A stretch of 64,000 bases of DNA from Octopus sinensis. Taxonomy: Eukaryota. The position numbers were made by a program, and so were the translations under genes. The DNA lies in the NCBI RefSeq assembly GCF_006345805.1, contig NC_042998.1, forward strand, positions 73,594,001-73,658,000, written 5' to 3'. The notes under the pieces are model-generated. The model worked only from the letters and a program-made list of their open reading frames with translations. It was not told the DNA's origin and did no database searches. Of this stretch, positions 13,149 through 26,670 are shown in pieces. Position 1 is the first letter of the stretch, and every line of letters begins with the position of its first letter.

Positions 13149-14838
13149 CAGATAGATAGATCCCAAATTTTATTTAATTTGCTTTGCGGGAAGGATTGTT
13201 TCAACAAAGTCGCGTCTTGTCCTTGCCTTCGACGCGTGGAGTAGTTGAAACAGGGACAACTGATGAATGGAAATATTCTTTATGTTGCATGTTTCGTTTC
13301 TCTGGGGTTCTTTCCGTTGTTCGAAAAAAAGTTCGTTTCTATGTTTTTGTTTTAATGTTTTCGTTTCTCAATGTCTCCCTTGCTATAACACTGAATGCCT
13401 ACGCTCACATTACAAACACATACATACATACATAAATGTGCACATATATATGTAAGTAAATAGCTATACATAGGAAATGTTTTCGGGTAGAAATACCTAG
13501 CTGTTGTTTCTGCTGCATTCATATAACAACTTGAATATATTTTTTATATTAAATTCAGTATTAGATGCCAGTTCTACTTTCGTATATCTATGTCAGAAAC
13601 GATATTCCCAGTTATAATTGATGAGTAATATATTTTGTTTGTTAGTTTTAATGTTTCAATACAGGTCGACCTTAATTAGTGATATTCATTATCCTCACAT
13701 CTTTCTCATTGAACTGTGATCAGAGAAAAGTTCGACTTTTATCTGTAGATGGTCAAGCTATGTTTAATGGCTGTTTTAATGAATCTCATTTCGTGAGTCA
13801 CTCAAAGGATTTGTTTGAGAGCGAGTATTGAATTTAACCTTCAAATGAAACGTTGGCATCGTATATTTGTACGAGACTATACACACGTATAGTCTGGCGT
13901 TAGGTGCTGTGTTCCTGTATTCTATACGCAAAATAACTTAATATAGATTGCATTGATCTGTATACTTAAAGATATTATTGCTGATGTGATGTTTTTGTTT
14001 TTAGTGTATTGTAATTCTCCAGACATGATGCTTAATCAGTTGAGGTAAAACACTTCACTGTTAGATATCTCTAAAGGCTTTATCCACTGGGGGAAAATAT
14101 AAATATGACTACAAATGGTAATGCATTTAGTCAAACTCGACTGCCTCTGCATAGTCTTGATATCTACTACACGGTCACCAAAAGGTCACACATTTAGAAA
14201 CATTTGATCGTACCTCTGTTTAATCAAGAGTAATCTGGTGTTAAACGGTAACAACCAATCAAATTCAGTTTTATGTGAAAGAATATGTCATATCAAATTT
14301 TCTCAGTTGTTTGAAATAATAAGTAATTTATAATTGTAATTAGTAACTCGTTAGTAAAAATGCCTAATTATTACGGGATTGGAACAAAATGATTTTAAAA
14401 AGATTTCTCCGTGATGTTGTGATGCAAATTACGTCATTATTGAGGTTTTCACATTAGTATCGCGTGCCTTCGTTAAATCAAAGAAAGGGATACAAAGAGG
14501 TTGATTCTCTGTTCATGACATATCTCTTGCTGTTGTGGAACAACGGAGATAATATCATTAATTCATGTGTGAGATCTGAAATCTTCTGAAAGTCAGATAT
14601 TTCATCTGCCGATGGCAGATACTCTAAATAACTTTTAACAAACTTGCTGTCTCTCTTGTAAACAGTAATGATTGCATCCCTAAATATAAATAATGTCAGC
14701 TGGAGTTTTCCTCCATTCTAAATATCAATCAGTACAAGGCTAGGATCATTGGTATTATTGTTAAACATTTCTGTTTGTGTATGCGTATATACACAATTGT
14801 GTGTGCGCGCGCATAAATGTATATATAAACACACACAC

Positions 14839-14907
<69 letters not shown>

Positions 14908-14910
14908 TAC

Positions 14911-14997
<87 letters not shown>

Positions 14998-15083
14998 AAG
15001 GATGAAAAGGAAGACACGAGTTGATACATATGAAAAAACAAGTCAGGATAGAAAATGCTAAAATAATTTTATAAAGAACATTT

Positions 15084-15119
15084 CAGTACCGGTTTCAGTC
15101 ATTAAGACTTTTTCAACTG
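15084..15119 (-). ncRNA. minimal type-I hammerhead ribozyme, U3:A8 variant
   Basis: Minus strand parses as cag-UUGAAAA-aguc uuaau gacu-GAAA-CCGG-UA-cug: all core positions satisfied, with a compensatory U3-A8 pair, palindromic loop III and a GUA cleavage triplet. Confidence 0.65.
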
Positions 15120-15229
15120 TAACAATTAAATAATTAAATTTAGAAAAATTAGAAGGAAAATTTTAATACAAATATTCTTTTAAAAACACTTTCCTTTTAA
15201 TTTTTTTAAATTTAATTATTTAATTGTTA

Positions 15230-15265
15230 CAGTTGAAAAAGTCTTAATGACTGAAACGGATACTG
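15230..15265 (+). ncRNA. mirror copy of the hammerhead motif (loop III CGGA)
   Basis: cag-TTGAAAA-agtc ttaat gact-GAAA-CGGA-TA-ctg. Confidence 0.55.
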
Positions 15266-17809
15266 AAATGTTCTTTATAAAATTATTTTAGCATTTTCTA
15301 TCCTGACTTGTTTTTTCATATATATATATATACACACGCGCTAATATTCTTTATTTCTGAGTTAACAAGCCAAGGAATGATTTCGTGTACATAGAAATCT
15401 TTCAACATATATATTTAGAGAGAGAGAGAGATGCATACATACAAACACACATATGTATTTGTGTGTGTCCATGCACATATGTGTATGAATGTATGTAGAT
15501 GAATGCATTTTTTTAATACTGTTGGAAAAGAACATGCGTATGTTATGGTTATTGTTACAATAATTTTAAGTCGCCCTGAAGCCAAGTCACTGATAGTTAT
15601 TAAATACAGTCAGTCGTAATAAAGTATTCTTTCTTGACGGCTGACCTTACTACCCTTGTCTAGTGTCCGCAGTTAACTATACATTGGTACAGAGTTTCTT
15701 AATGCTGCAGTTTCTCAAAATGCGACTCTTATGTATAGAATAATGTCATCAAGAATACATTGATTTCTTGAAAATATCTCATTTTATGTAGAACCACAAC
15801 AAAAGACGTCTATATTTGTTAGTGTTCTGTTGAAAGTTGTGACCATTCGATAGATTTTCTTCGACTTTTCCAGCTATGGAGAACTACTTTGTCATCAAAT
15901 TTAACGTTACGGTATAGTGTGAACGAGTACCATTTACCGAAGATGCTGTGCAGTACCATTGTACCCGAAACCACATAATTATGAATAGAATTTCTTTACC
16001 CACTCAACGATTGTTGCCGCCTAGATGATTGAATTACATTCTTTTCCCTATATTATGAAATACTTGCATATGTACAGCAGAAACATCATTCCGGGAGAGG
16101 AATCCACAATGCAAACCATACTTAGACTTCGTAAGATATTAGCAAATATCTAAGATAAGAGAATATCGAGTGACTATGAGGAGAAATCCCGTTTTGTTAT
16201 ATAATTTTACCAATATATTTATGAAGTTGCTATGAAAGATCCTTAGAAATGGTGAAATCAAATATTTGTATAGACTTCCTGAATGCTAATTGTGTGTTGT
16301 TCTTGAGTTCAATCTGCATACTAAACATTGTTTTCCTGAAATATCTAAATGTCTATCGTTTATATGTTTGTACTATTGAAAATGATTATATTACTATGGT
16401 CCCTGTTGAAAGATGTTTATTCAATTTCTGTTAATTGAAGATGTGCAGGTTTGATAAGAAAAATGAGCAAACATTGATGTTCTAACAGAAATCATTAATC
16501 TCTTATTCAGATATCAGCATTAGAGAAATGTTTAGCACTGGAGAAAATTATAGACTTCCTTAGTGATATAGGAATTCAATATATCAGTAATTTAAATAAA
16601 TATTTTGATATAAGTAGAATATGTGTGATATTTGTATGTAAAATGTTAAGGATAAGTGAACTACAGTAATATTTATAACGGATTTAGAATTGGTAACATG
16701 TGTCTCTTTAATCTACACCAGAAAGGGATGTAGTAATCAAGAGCTAATGGAGTGATAATGGCGATTAGGCTGAGTCCTTTCTAACACTCATTAAAAGCGG
16801 AGCGACCTGTATACAAATGAGAAACGAACAGAGCCCATATTTGGACAAATTAGCTAAGGAAGCTATATGAAAAGACTAAGTCGAAGACACTGCTGAAGTT
16901 CTCCAAAGCGAGATATCAGCAGTTCTGAGCGGCGTATAAGTGTAACTATCGATAGATACGGCCCCGCACTGGCTGTACTTGTACATCAGAAATATAATCC
17001 AGGCAGCGACATCTGTCAAATTAAGCAAGCAGATTCTAGCTGAAATTAAACACACATAGAATCAAGATATGTATTCAAATTACTGATTTACTGAATTGCT
17101 AAATCATCAAGTTTACAATTATCTCCAGAGCTGAATTTGCTTATAATGCTGAACTCTGAATTATAGATTCATGATTCCTGTTAGAATTCGAAAGTTTGCT
17201 CAATCTTCCAACTTAATCTGTATAAATCTCTTGATTTCTCTACAGTTAGTATTTATCATTTCGACATAAAATACAGGGTATGCTGAATAGAAATCTCCAG
17301 CTGATAACGAGAACTAAAATGTATAGTGAAGCAGAAAAGACTTACTGCGTTGATGTCGACACTGGTGCTGTTCAAGATTTCAATTGAATGTTGCAAAAGT
17401 GTAGACAGTTAGATTTACAGAGTACAATAGAAACTGTGTCAGAGATTAACCAATAATCTTAGGTCAAGACTGTATTTCCGACTGTCAGAACAATCATGGT
17501 TCTGGGATAACACTTCCTGACAGCATGCAATGCCGAAAGAAATTCGAATAGAAATGGATTGAGAAGACAGTAATAAAACGAGGAAGGAGAAAGAGAATAT
17601 GAAAAAGAGGAAAAAAACACAAAAAATATTCAGATGGAAAACTTCAAATAAAAAAGATAAAACAGTACATATATTTTATTTTATTTCATTTTTCCCATAA
17701 TTGCATTGTCTCTGTCAAGACAGAATTTTTTCAAGTATTCTCCTTTTGAAGTAACAAAAAACATAGCTTACAGATCTCAGTCGATGAATGATGTAGCATA
17801 TTATTAATG

Positions 17810-18238
17810 CAGTGAGTTGAGAGAATTCTTAGAGCATCGAACAAAATGCTTTCTGGAATTTGTTCCTACTCTTTCAGTACTAAGTTCAAATTCCATCCTA
17901 GACATCTTTGACTTTCATCCTTTCAAGATCACTAGAATAAAGTACTAGTCAAGTACTAGGATCGAGATACTCGTTTTTTTATCCTTCTTGGCGTGGTGCC
18001 AAAAGCTGAAACATTTTTCAATTTTTATTTGATCTGGCAGGAAAGTTAGAATACTGAACTAAATTATTAACGGCATCTCATCCGCTTTTACATTGCAAGT
18101 TCAAATTCCACTGAAGTTGTCTTTGCTTTTCCTCCTTTCAGGGTCGATAAAAAAGTACCAGTTGAGAACTGAGGTCGTTATAATCGACTTACCCCTCTCC
18201 CGAACTAGCTGGTCTTGTGCCAACATTTGAAATCACTA

Positions 18239-18240
<2 letters not shown>
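17810..18240 (+). mobile_element. two tandem decayed family-1 SINEs followed by (ATT)n (18240-18310)
   Basis: GTTCAAATTCC B-box-like motif and the shared core occur twice. Confidence 0.65.
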
Positions 18241-18310
<70 letters not shown>

Positions 18311-18841
18311 GACCATCTAAATAAACTGAATGGACATGGGGCTAGACACTGGAAACCGAATGCATCGTTTATGGCGCTGAAAGCTTACGTTAAACGGATT
18401 AGTGAATTAGATCATGATGTACGCTTAGAAAAGGCGATTATGATAGAATCGATAAAATTTACATTAACAAAAATCGAATCTTGGAAAATTAGTCAATGGA
18501 AGAGCCAGTCAGCAAATCAGAAGGTGTATCTAAAAATGTTTCTGCAACCAGCATGCAAGCTGTGAAAATTGTCTTTGACCTTTTCTTTCAATCGAAGTCC
18601 TCCGCCTTGGTTCCCGTTGGAAAGAATATGAAAAGTTTCCGCAATTAGGATGTGACCGCCCACAACAGCCGCGTTTTATACGATTCTAGAAAAATGTGTG
18701 CGATTTTCCAGTATTACTTTGTCTAATCATTTAAGAGCAGAAAAAGGAAAGCATGGCGAAAAAATTATAACAGGAGCTGAGATTCGGTCGAAGGTGTATG
18801 GTTGTACGAAGGACAAAACAACTAGTTTGTATAGTCTACCT

Positions 18842-19059
18842 CAGTGGTTCTCAGTACCGTTCCTCAAGCAGCAAAAGCTTTGGTATTTTTGCTCTTTCTC
18901 TTTCTCTACTAAAAGAGCAGAGTTTGTATTAATATAAAATGTTCTTTCGTCACCATGGTGTCGAAAAATTTTGAAGAGTTGGAAATCTTTTTTTCATCAT
19001 CGCAAATTGGCCTCCTCCATATGCAATCGTTCCTTCCTCCTCCATCTTGAGAAGCACTG
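18842..19059. mobile_element. hAT/Charlie-like MITE
   Basis: Terminal inverted repeats CAGTGGTTCTCA / TGAGAAGCACTG; no clean 8-bp TSD. Confidence 0.45.
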
Positions 19060-19157
19060 TTTTATGCTATGGTCTAAATGGTTACACTCCAAACTTGTTC
19101 AAACTACTTTGGCAGGCGCTTAGGGAACAAACTAGGAATATTGTCATTTATATTAAA

Positions 19158-19533
19158 CTAGCAGTATCGCCCGGCGTTGCTCAGGTTTGTAAGGGAAATA
19201 ACTATAAAGCATTTTTAGAGAGTTATATCCAAAAAGTAGCAAAAAAATGGGAAAAAATGATGGTAAATTTTTTTTTTAGTTAAAAAAGGTGGAGTTGCGT
19301 CCCCTAGACATTTTGTGTTTCTGATTCTGGACCCCATGTCGAATTTATCGATTTTTTTCAGAACTGGGGGAACTTTTCAAAATTTTCGCTGCGTTAGTTT
19401 TGAATTATGACATTGGGCTATGTGTGTGTCAAGTTTCATCAGAATCGGTTGAAAGCCGTGGTCAGGGTGAAGGTACAAGCAAACAGACACACAGAAACAC
19501 GCACAGACAAACTGCCGTTTATATAGAGAGAGA
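19158..19533 (-). mobile_element. non-autonomous Helitron
   Basis: Minus strand reads A|TCTCTCTCTATATAAAC...CCTGAGCAACGCCGGGCGATACTGCTAG|T: TC start, GC-rich subterminal hairpin, CTAG end, AT target. Confidence 0.7.
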
Positions 19534-19536
19534 TAA

Positions 19537-19720
19537 GGAGCGAGCTGGAAGAATCCTTTGGTCACCGGGTAAAATGTTTAGAAATATTTCGTTCGTCTTT
19601 GCATTGTCGTAAGTTCAAATCCCACCGAAGTTGAATTTGCCTTTCATCTTTCCCGAATCGATGTAATCGACTTACTCCTGTCCCGAGACTGGTGACTTTG
19701 TGCCAAAATTTGAAATCATT
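19537..19720 (+). mobile_element. family-1 SINE, internally deleted
   Basis: GGAGCGAGCTGGAAGAATC head, GTTCAAATCCC box and core remnant. Confidence 0.6.
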
Positions 19721-20021
19721 AATAAATAAGGAGTGATCTTATTGCCTTGAATGAGCTTGAATAAATGCCATCATCTACAATTTATTTTGAGCTTCTCTGA
19801 TGAAGCAGCATTCAAACTTTGCATTCCATCATTCACAAAGCGGTTATATGTATACACATGCATACACACCTGCGCATGCATACACACAGACACAGATATA
19901 TATAGAGATATAGATTAAAGGAAAAAAGACAATAATAACCTAGACAAGACGAGAATCTCAAGTAATTTAGAATATTTAATTAGAGTAACGTGAATTTGAG
20001 GTAATCAATTAATTAATGGAT

Positions 20022-20097
20022 GACTTACAGTTGTTTGTGGGATATCTCGAGTAACAGGTTAGCATCTACATACAGTGGTTATTCCGTCATCAGAGAC
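20022..20097 (-). ncRNA. decayed hammerhead-like motif (same type as 6387-6434)
   Basis: Minus strand reads gtct-CTGATGA-cggaata...tatccca-CAAA-CAACTG-TA-agtc, preceded by a pyrimidine-rich tract on the same strand. Confidence 0.4.
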
Positions 20098-20859
20098 AAG
20101 GTGAATATGTAGGAAAGTTCTAGACAGGGAATTCACAGTTTATAAAGGAATAAAATAGTAGATAAAAGAATAAAGAGTCAAACAGAGGATAAAAAAATAT
20201 AGACAAGCGAGCAAAGTTCACAACTAATCTTCTTCCAGAGGGTACTGAGATTGGTCCATGCTTTCGTGAATGTATAGGTCCTTAAGATCCCAAGTAAATC
20301 CAGACAGTATTTTGACAGTATTTTGAATGTTGCATTCATGTTGAAGGGAATAGATCAAGTGGTTAGCTGGGATGAAAATGGTCGACGTGAGCATATAGAG
20401 TAAGAAAGACATCATAATAGACAGATATGTGTTGTAAAAGAGTGAAAAGAAGAGAGAGGAGAAAGAGAGAAAAGAAAGGAGAGGGATAGGTGTGGGAAAT
20501 AATGAATGAGAGCGAAAGTAAAATAAAATCGAAATAAAAATATAAAAAATAAAGATGAGATACCAGTATTATTTTTCATTAGGATTGGTTTAAGGTGAGA
20601 AGTCGAGCATTAATGTTTTGGTAAAGTAGGGGAGGAAGGCATTTAAGGCTATGAATTAAATAACTGAATTCTAGCTTCGGTGTGGTCAGAAAGAATATTT
20701 AGTGTTTTAATGTTATAACTGACATCTATCTTAAACTAATTACTAACACTAATAATAATAGTAATAATAACAATAACGACAATAATGATAATAAGAGCCA
20801 ATCCCCAAATACCACCATAAACTTTAACTTGTCCATAGATAGTACAGCATCATCCCTTT

Positions 20860-21880
20860 CCAAAATTAACCCACGTAAGACAGATAGCGGCAACTGCCGG
20901 GCCGGGACCGAATGCCCACTGCAAGCTCATTGCACAAAGTTTAACGTGGTATATATATAAACGGATTGTCGGGAACATACTCTGCAATTCTAATAGCCAT
21001 TACATCGGGTCTACTATCAATTTTAAGCAGAGATATTCTGCACACCTGAACTCATTCAAATATGAGGAGCATAGCAAATCCACGTCTTTAGCCAACCACA
21101 TACATCATCTGATAAATTAAAAAATACCATATAAGATATCTTGGGCTATAATAGTTTTTGGTGTCCCATACCAAGGCAGCGCTCCACTTGCGGACTCTGT
21201 CTGAAAGAAGCCCTCCAAATATTAATTCATGATTCGCCACAGTTACTCAATAAACAGCACGAAGCATTCTCTACATGTAAACATATAACTTTAGATGCTT
21301 CCATGGGTCCAAATGCATCAAAACCAACGCGACGCACATAACACTTGCCTATACACACCCACGGTCGTTACATAATACGTACGTTATTTCTCTTTCATCT
21401 ATCTGAATAAGCTTTTCAGAAACTAGCTAGCTGCAATAATCTCTTTTAATTTTTAATCTATAACCTTTCTAATTTCCAACATTTAATTTTTAATTCATAT
21501 TTTTGAAATCTTTTATCCAATTTAATTTATTCTTAATTCTATATATATATAAATATTCCCATAGTATAAAAATAGGCAGCTATTTTTAGATTTCAGTATA
21601 TATTTCAATTCATGATCACATACCCGTCACTGTACATATTTATTCTCACTACTTAGCATTTGAGTTTTTGTGTACATTTATCTCCTACCTGAAAAACGAA
21701 CAATTACCACCCCTGTCCCCAGTAATAACGATCACCAATCATTTCCCCTTAGATTTTTATACTTGTTGAATCATTCTTTCATAAACTTGTTCACACACAA
21801 TGTGGACTAAAATCTTCTTGAGAAAATACGAAATTACAATAATTTCAATGTGATGATTAGCGAAAGCGAAACCGGTCGAT
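20860..21880 (+). mobile_element. Penelope-like element 3' part: GIY-YIG remnant plus terminal hammerhead remnant (21850-21877)
   Basis: CRAGTECPLQAHCTKFNVVY...YIGSTINFKQRYSAHLNSFKYEEHSKSTSLANHIH...CGLCLKEALQIL...LLNKQHEAFSTCKH; terminal gTGATGA-ttagc gaaa gc-GAAA-CCGG-TC. Confidence 0.7.
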
Positions 21881-22858
21881 AAACATAATATAAAATATAT
21901 TACAAAATATATTAAAACTATATAAAACGTGTGCATTTTCCTTCGTTTATTTTATGTTTTGCATTATAACTCGCAACGTGGGGATAATCGAAATTCCTCA
22001 CTTCGTGTTATTATATATATATATGTATGTATGTATGTATATATACATGCATACATACATACATACATACATACATACATACATTCATACATTCATACAT
22101 ACATACATACATACATTCATACATTCATACATACATACATACATACATACATACATACACTATTTAACCCTCATTAGAAAATAAATTCCAATTCCAATTC
22201 CAATTCCCTTTCCTATTATTGTTTTTACCAATGCAAAGTAATTCCGATTATTCACATTTCACCTTCCATAAGTACATAGCGCACGCATGCACATAAAAAC
22301 GTACAGGAATATGCACACCCATACATATACACACACTTGCATTAACATGCATTCTGACCATGCTCTCCAGAAATTATTTTAGATATGTCGCATTCAGAAT
22401 TTCCTTCTAATTTGCCACAGATCTGCCTCAGCAGTAAAAACAAAAAACATAAACATATATACATAACTCTTCTCAATCTTCTACGTACTCACATACAAAC
22501 ATTGACATTCACGCAACCCATAACCAAATTATATGATTTTAGATTCAAGTTCTCCATATTACTGATAAAAGCAATATGCATTAAACAAAACCCAGTGAAG
22601 CTAAAACTAAAGCAATACCACAACATCGCAGTTGGAAAATACCACTTCACACAACCTATGAACACTGCGCAGTTATCCACTTCCCCGTTGTTTTATCTAT
22701 TCGAAGGTTCACAACCAGAATGAAACGAGACATGTGAAACATTAAACGGTAGAATTATCTAAAGAAATCATTTACTCTACGAATCCTCTATGCTGCATTC
22801 TCTTCGATTTATGAGTAGTAGTGCCAAGTACAACTCAAGTTCACACACACTCACACAC

Positions 22859-22950
<92 letters not shown>

Positions 22951-22964
22951 TATATACATATATA

Positions 22965-23305
22965 TAAGAAGTTTGCTTCCTATCCACATGGTTTCGGGTT
23001 CAGTGCCACTGCGTGAAACCTTGGACAAGTGTCTTAACTTCGGACCGACCAAATCCTTGAGTGGATTTGGTGGACGTAAACTGAATGAAGCCCATTGTAT
23101 ACATATATGTATATAATTGTGTGTGTGTGTGTGTAACTTTGGTTCTGTGTTTTCCCTCGCCACCACTTGGCAACCAGTGTTGGTGTGTTTATATTCCTGT
23201 AACTAATCAGTTCGACTACTGGGGTGAATTCATTCGACTATAAGGTCTTGAAGGCAGTGCCCTAGAATGGCCATAGTGTAATGAATGAATGACACAGGAA
23301 AAAGG
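22965..23305 (+). mobile_element. family-2 SINE, 5'-truncated
   Basis: Similar to the complete copy at 54823-55250 (GGGTTCAGTNCCACTGCGTG..ACCTTGG..AAGTGTCTT). Confidence 0.7.
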
Positions 23306-23309
23306 TAAT

Positions 23310-23442
<133 letters not shown>

Positions 23443-24506
23443 GTGAGTGAGTGATAGATAGATGAACGGACAGACAGACAGATAGAATACCAAGAGGATT
23501 GGCGTTACAGTTAATTGAATTGTATTGAGAGTCTCTACTCTCACTCCAAAACTCACAGAGAGATAGAAAGGAAAATGTATTCTAGTGTAATCCACAATCC
23601 AATCTAAATGTTTGTACTGATGCAACTTGGAGCTCCCGCTAATTAAAAAGCATTTTCCAAGAACCCATCGGGAACATAAAATCTTTAATGCCGGTAACAT
23701 CAAAGCTAGCTACATACGCTAGATAATATCGCCTCCAGCATTGCTCGCAGAAACAAACACGTACCCACATAACCTCCAGTAACTACAGAGATTCCATTAA
23801 CTGCCAAATGGGAGCAAAATGCCTCTCTAAGTCCGTGATTTCTAAGGTCCCACACAAACACACACAAACATGCAACGTATACAAACATATTGATACGAAT
23901 TTATACGTAATTTTGAGTCGATAATAAAAAAAAAAGCGGGTCTCAATTTCTTTGATTTTGTAGTATACGGAAGAATAAATACCAGGGGCTCTTTGCATGG
24001 AAAGTTTTTTAAATTGTTGTAAAGTATAAAAAAACAGAAAAAGTATGGAAAACGTCTATTCTATTGATCATCGTTTTGTATAAGAAAATTTGATATTAAC
24101 ACGTCTTTCAAGGACAAGCATGAATTTTCTAAAGCTTTAAAATATATATTTAAAAATCGGCGACGCACTTAGAAACACCTTGTCGTAAATTGTTTGAAAA
24201 CCAGCGTTATATATGTGATTTAGCTATAGTTCAAGATGCTTATCTGCATACATAATTATGATTATATCACTAATTTACCATTGATCTTAGTTAATATATT
24301 TCTGCTGTAGAGAGATAGTCTTGTTAGTCATACTTCTGTCTGTGTTTTCAATCAATAATTCTTGAGAATTTGCTTGTAAGAATATCCAGCTGCTTGCCAA
24401 AGATTCACTGGCTAATACACTATATTTTCTCTTTCTCCTCCTCTCCCTCTTCTCTCTCTCTACATCACTCTCTTTCTTCTTCTTCTCTCTCCCTCTCTTT
24501 CTCTCA

Positions 24507-24558
<52 letters not shown>

Positions 24559-25574
24559 ACTTTTTACTGTTACTATAACGGATTCATTTTCGGGCAACCA
24601 GCATCTAGCAACAAACGACTAATGACTAAATGTCTCTAGATCTATTAACTAGCGGCTACTTTCTAGAAATCTCTAGCTACAACCAAATTACAACTGGTAA
24701 ACAGCATCTAGCTTCTAGTTGTCTCTAACAGCTATTATCTAGCAATCTCTAGCTGTCTTTTAGCAAACCTTCTATCAAGCACCACTTACTTTGTCATCAA
24801 ACAAAATATGCTCAAATCATATGAACTCCCTCTGATCCGGCACAGTAATAGGGCTTATATGTGGGTTTTCGGCCTGCTAGAAAAAGAAGTGAAATTTCCT
24901 TCATATCACAACTAGCCATATCAAAAATGTAAAAATCTTTTGACGAATGTAGTCCCAGAATTTAAAAAGAAATTAGATGGCCATGGCTGGAAAGCATTTA
25001 GGAGCTCTATGTAGGCATTCGATCAGTTAAAATCTCCAGACATTTTTTTTCTTCAAATCACACAGTCTCTAAAATAAGAATAGACTGGATAATGTATTTT
25101 GTGAAATTGGCGTGGTCATTACTGGAATGTTTTTTAATTATAATTCGGTCTGTCCAAAGATAATTTGACGTTAAGCAACGTCCACAACAACAATACTAGC
25201 AGGAGCAACGATCTCCATGGTCAGGGAGACTACAATATTTGTGCTGCATTTTTTACTAGATTCTAAATAATACGTTTACTGTGCTGTCAACATTGCAAAT
25301 ATTTTCTGTTCAGTACGCAGCACATCCAGGTCATTTTCATTTCCTTACTGGTTTCTACCCTTAAGTATAAAACATTTTTCATTGAATTACAATCGATAAA
25401 CTCATAATTTTCAGTAAAATTTTCTGCATCAGATGAATTATTTCTTTGGTCAAGTGGGTAATAAAACCACCAGCTGATATTACTTTTGAATGATCTTATT
25501 CCAGTTATAGGTTTTCACTGCACAACTGAGTGCAGTCCTTTGTGCATGGCTTTGGGTATATGTTTTCCACCGAA

Positions 25575-25930
25575 AGCCTTCTCCTAAGATGTGTACAGCT
25601 CCTAACAGTGTTATTTTCTTTGTGATTTGTATCTCTAAATTCTGGAATTTTTTTATATGTATTTGTCAACGTTTCTTAACTCATGCCAAGTTACTTATTA
25701 TTATAGGGATTGTTACTCTTTACAGTCCCCAAATGCAGAACATCTCAGTTTCTTGTTATTCCGATTCGGATGTTTTCTTCACTTCCTTTAGAGATGCACT
25801 GTCATCTGTTGGATGTGATATATCTATGATGAGATATATCTTTTCCGTTTTGCTCACATTTTCCGACCTATAATTCTTAATCTCCTCACCTTTCTCTTGT
25901 CATTGCTTTATTACGCTGGTATAATGCCAG
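25575..25930 (-). mobile_element. decayed R4/Dong-like RLE C-terminal fragment
   Basis: Minus strand gives KIYLIIDISHPTDDSASLKEVKK...IWGL*RVTIPIII...KKITLLGAVHIL. Confidence 0.55.
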
Positions 25931-26112
25931 TTTGATATATCATATCAAATTGTATCATATATTATACTTCGTTTTTATATTTGGCTTGCAAGATACTTGA
26001 CGTGAACTCGTGTGTCGAAGCAAATATTATAGTTTTCGGAGTACCTTTACGCCAATAATAATAAACACACTCGTATGTATATATATATATATACAGAGAG
26101 AGAGAGAGAGGG

Positions 26113-26232
26113 GGGGCAGGAGTAGCTGTGTGGTAAGTAACTTGCTTACCAACCACATAGTTCTGGGTTCAATCCCACTGCATGGCAGCCTTGTGAGTGG
26201 ATTTGGTGGACAGAAACTGAAAGAAGCCCGTC

Positions 26233-26233
<1 letters not shown>
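26113..26233 (+). mobile_element. family-2 SINE head, internally deleted
   Basis: GGCAGGAGTAGCTGTGTGGTAAG...GGGTTCAATCCC (A- and B-box-like). Confidence 0.7.
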
Positions 26234-26305
<72 letters not shown>

Positions 26306-26633
26306 ATAGCAAGCGAATGCCTATCATGCAGTCACACTGTTTTAAGATATTATGTAGATGCGAGCAAGCACAGACACCCTCTCGACATTTTCACATTTAG
26401 TCAGCGGAACAATAGGATGCAAATGCCTGGGTTAAAAAGGACTGCATCAGCACACTTAGCTGGCAATCATTTGAATTAAATGGGATATGAAGTTTTTTGC
26501 TCATGCGCACAAAGCATTGAGCGGTAAAGAAATCAAACCTACCACTCATTCACTTCGATTCCAACATCCTGAGCATAAGATCACGTGCTTTCAATTATAC
26601 GTTTACTATATATATATATATATATATATCTAT

Positions 26634-26670
<37 letters not shown>

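Larger units (their letters stand above)
15028..15321. repeat. ~290-bp palindrome (two ~130-bp inverted arms) near/between (TA)n tracts; probable inverted Penelope-type terminal repeats
   Basis: ATATGAAAAAACAAGTCAGG...TTAAATTT is mirrored by AAATTTAA...CCTGACTTGTTTTTTCATAT. Confidence 0.9.

Noticed and set aside
16500-17560. possible decayed LINE or host exon
   Set aside because: No convincing motif or open frame could be read.
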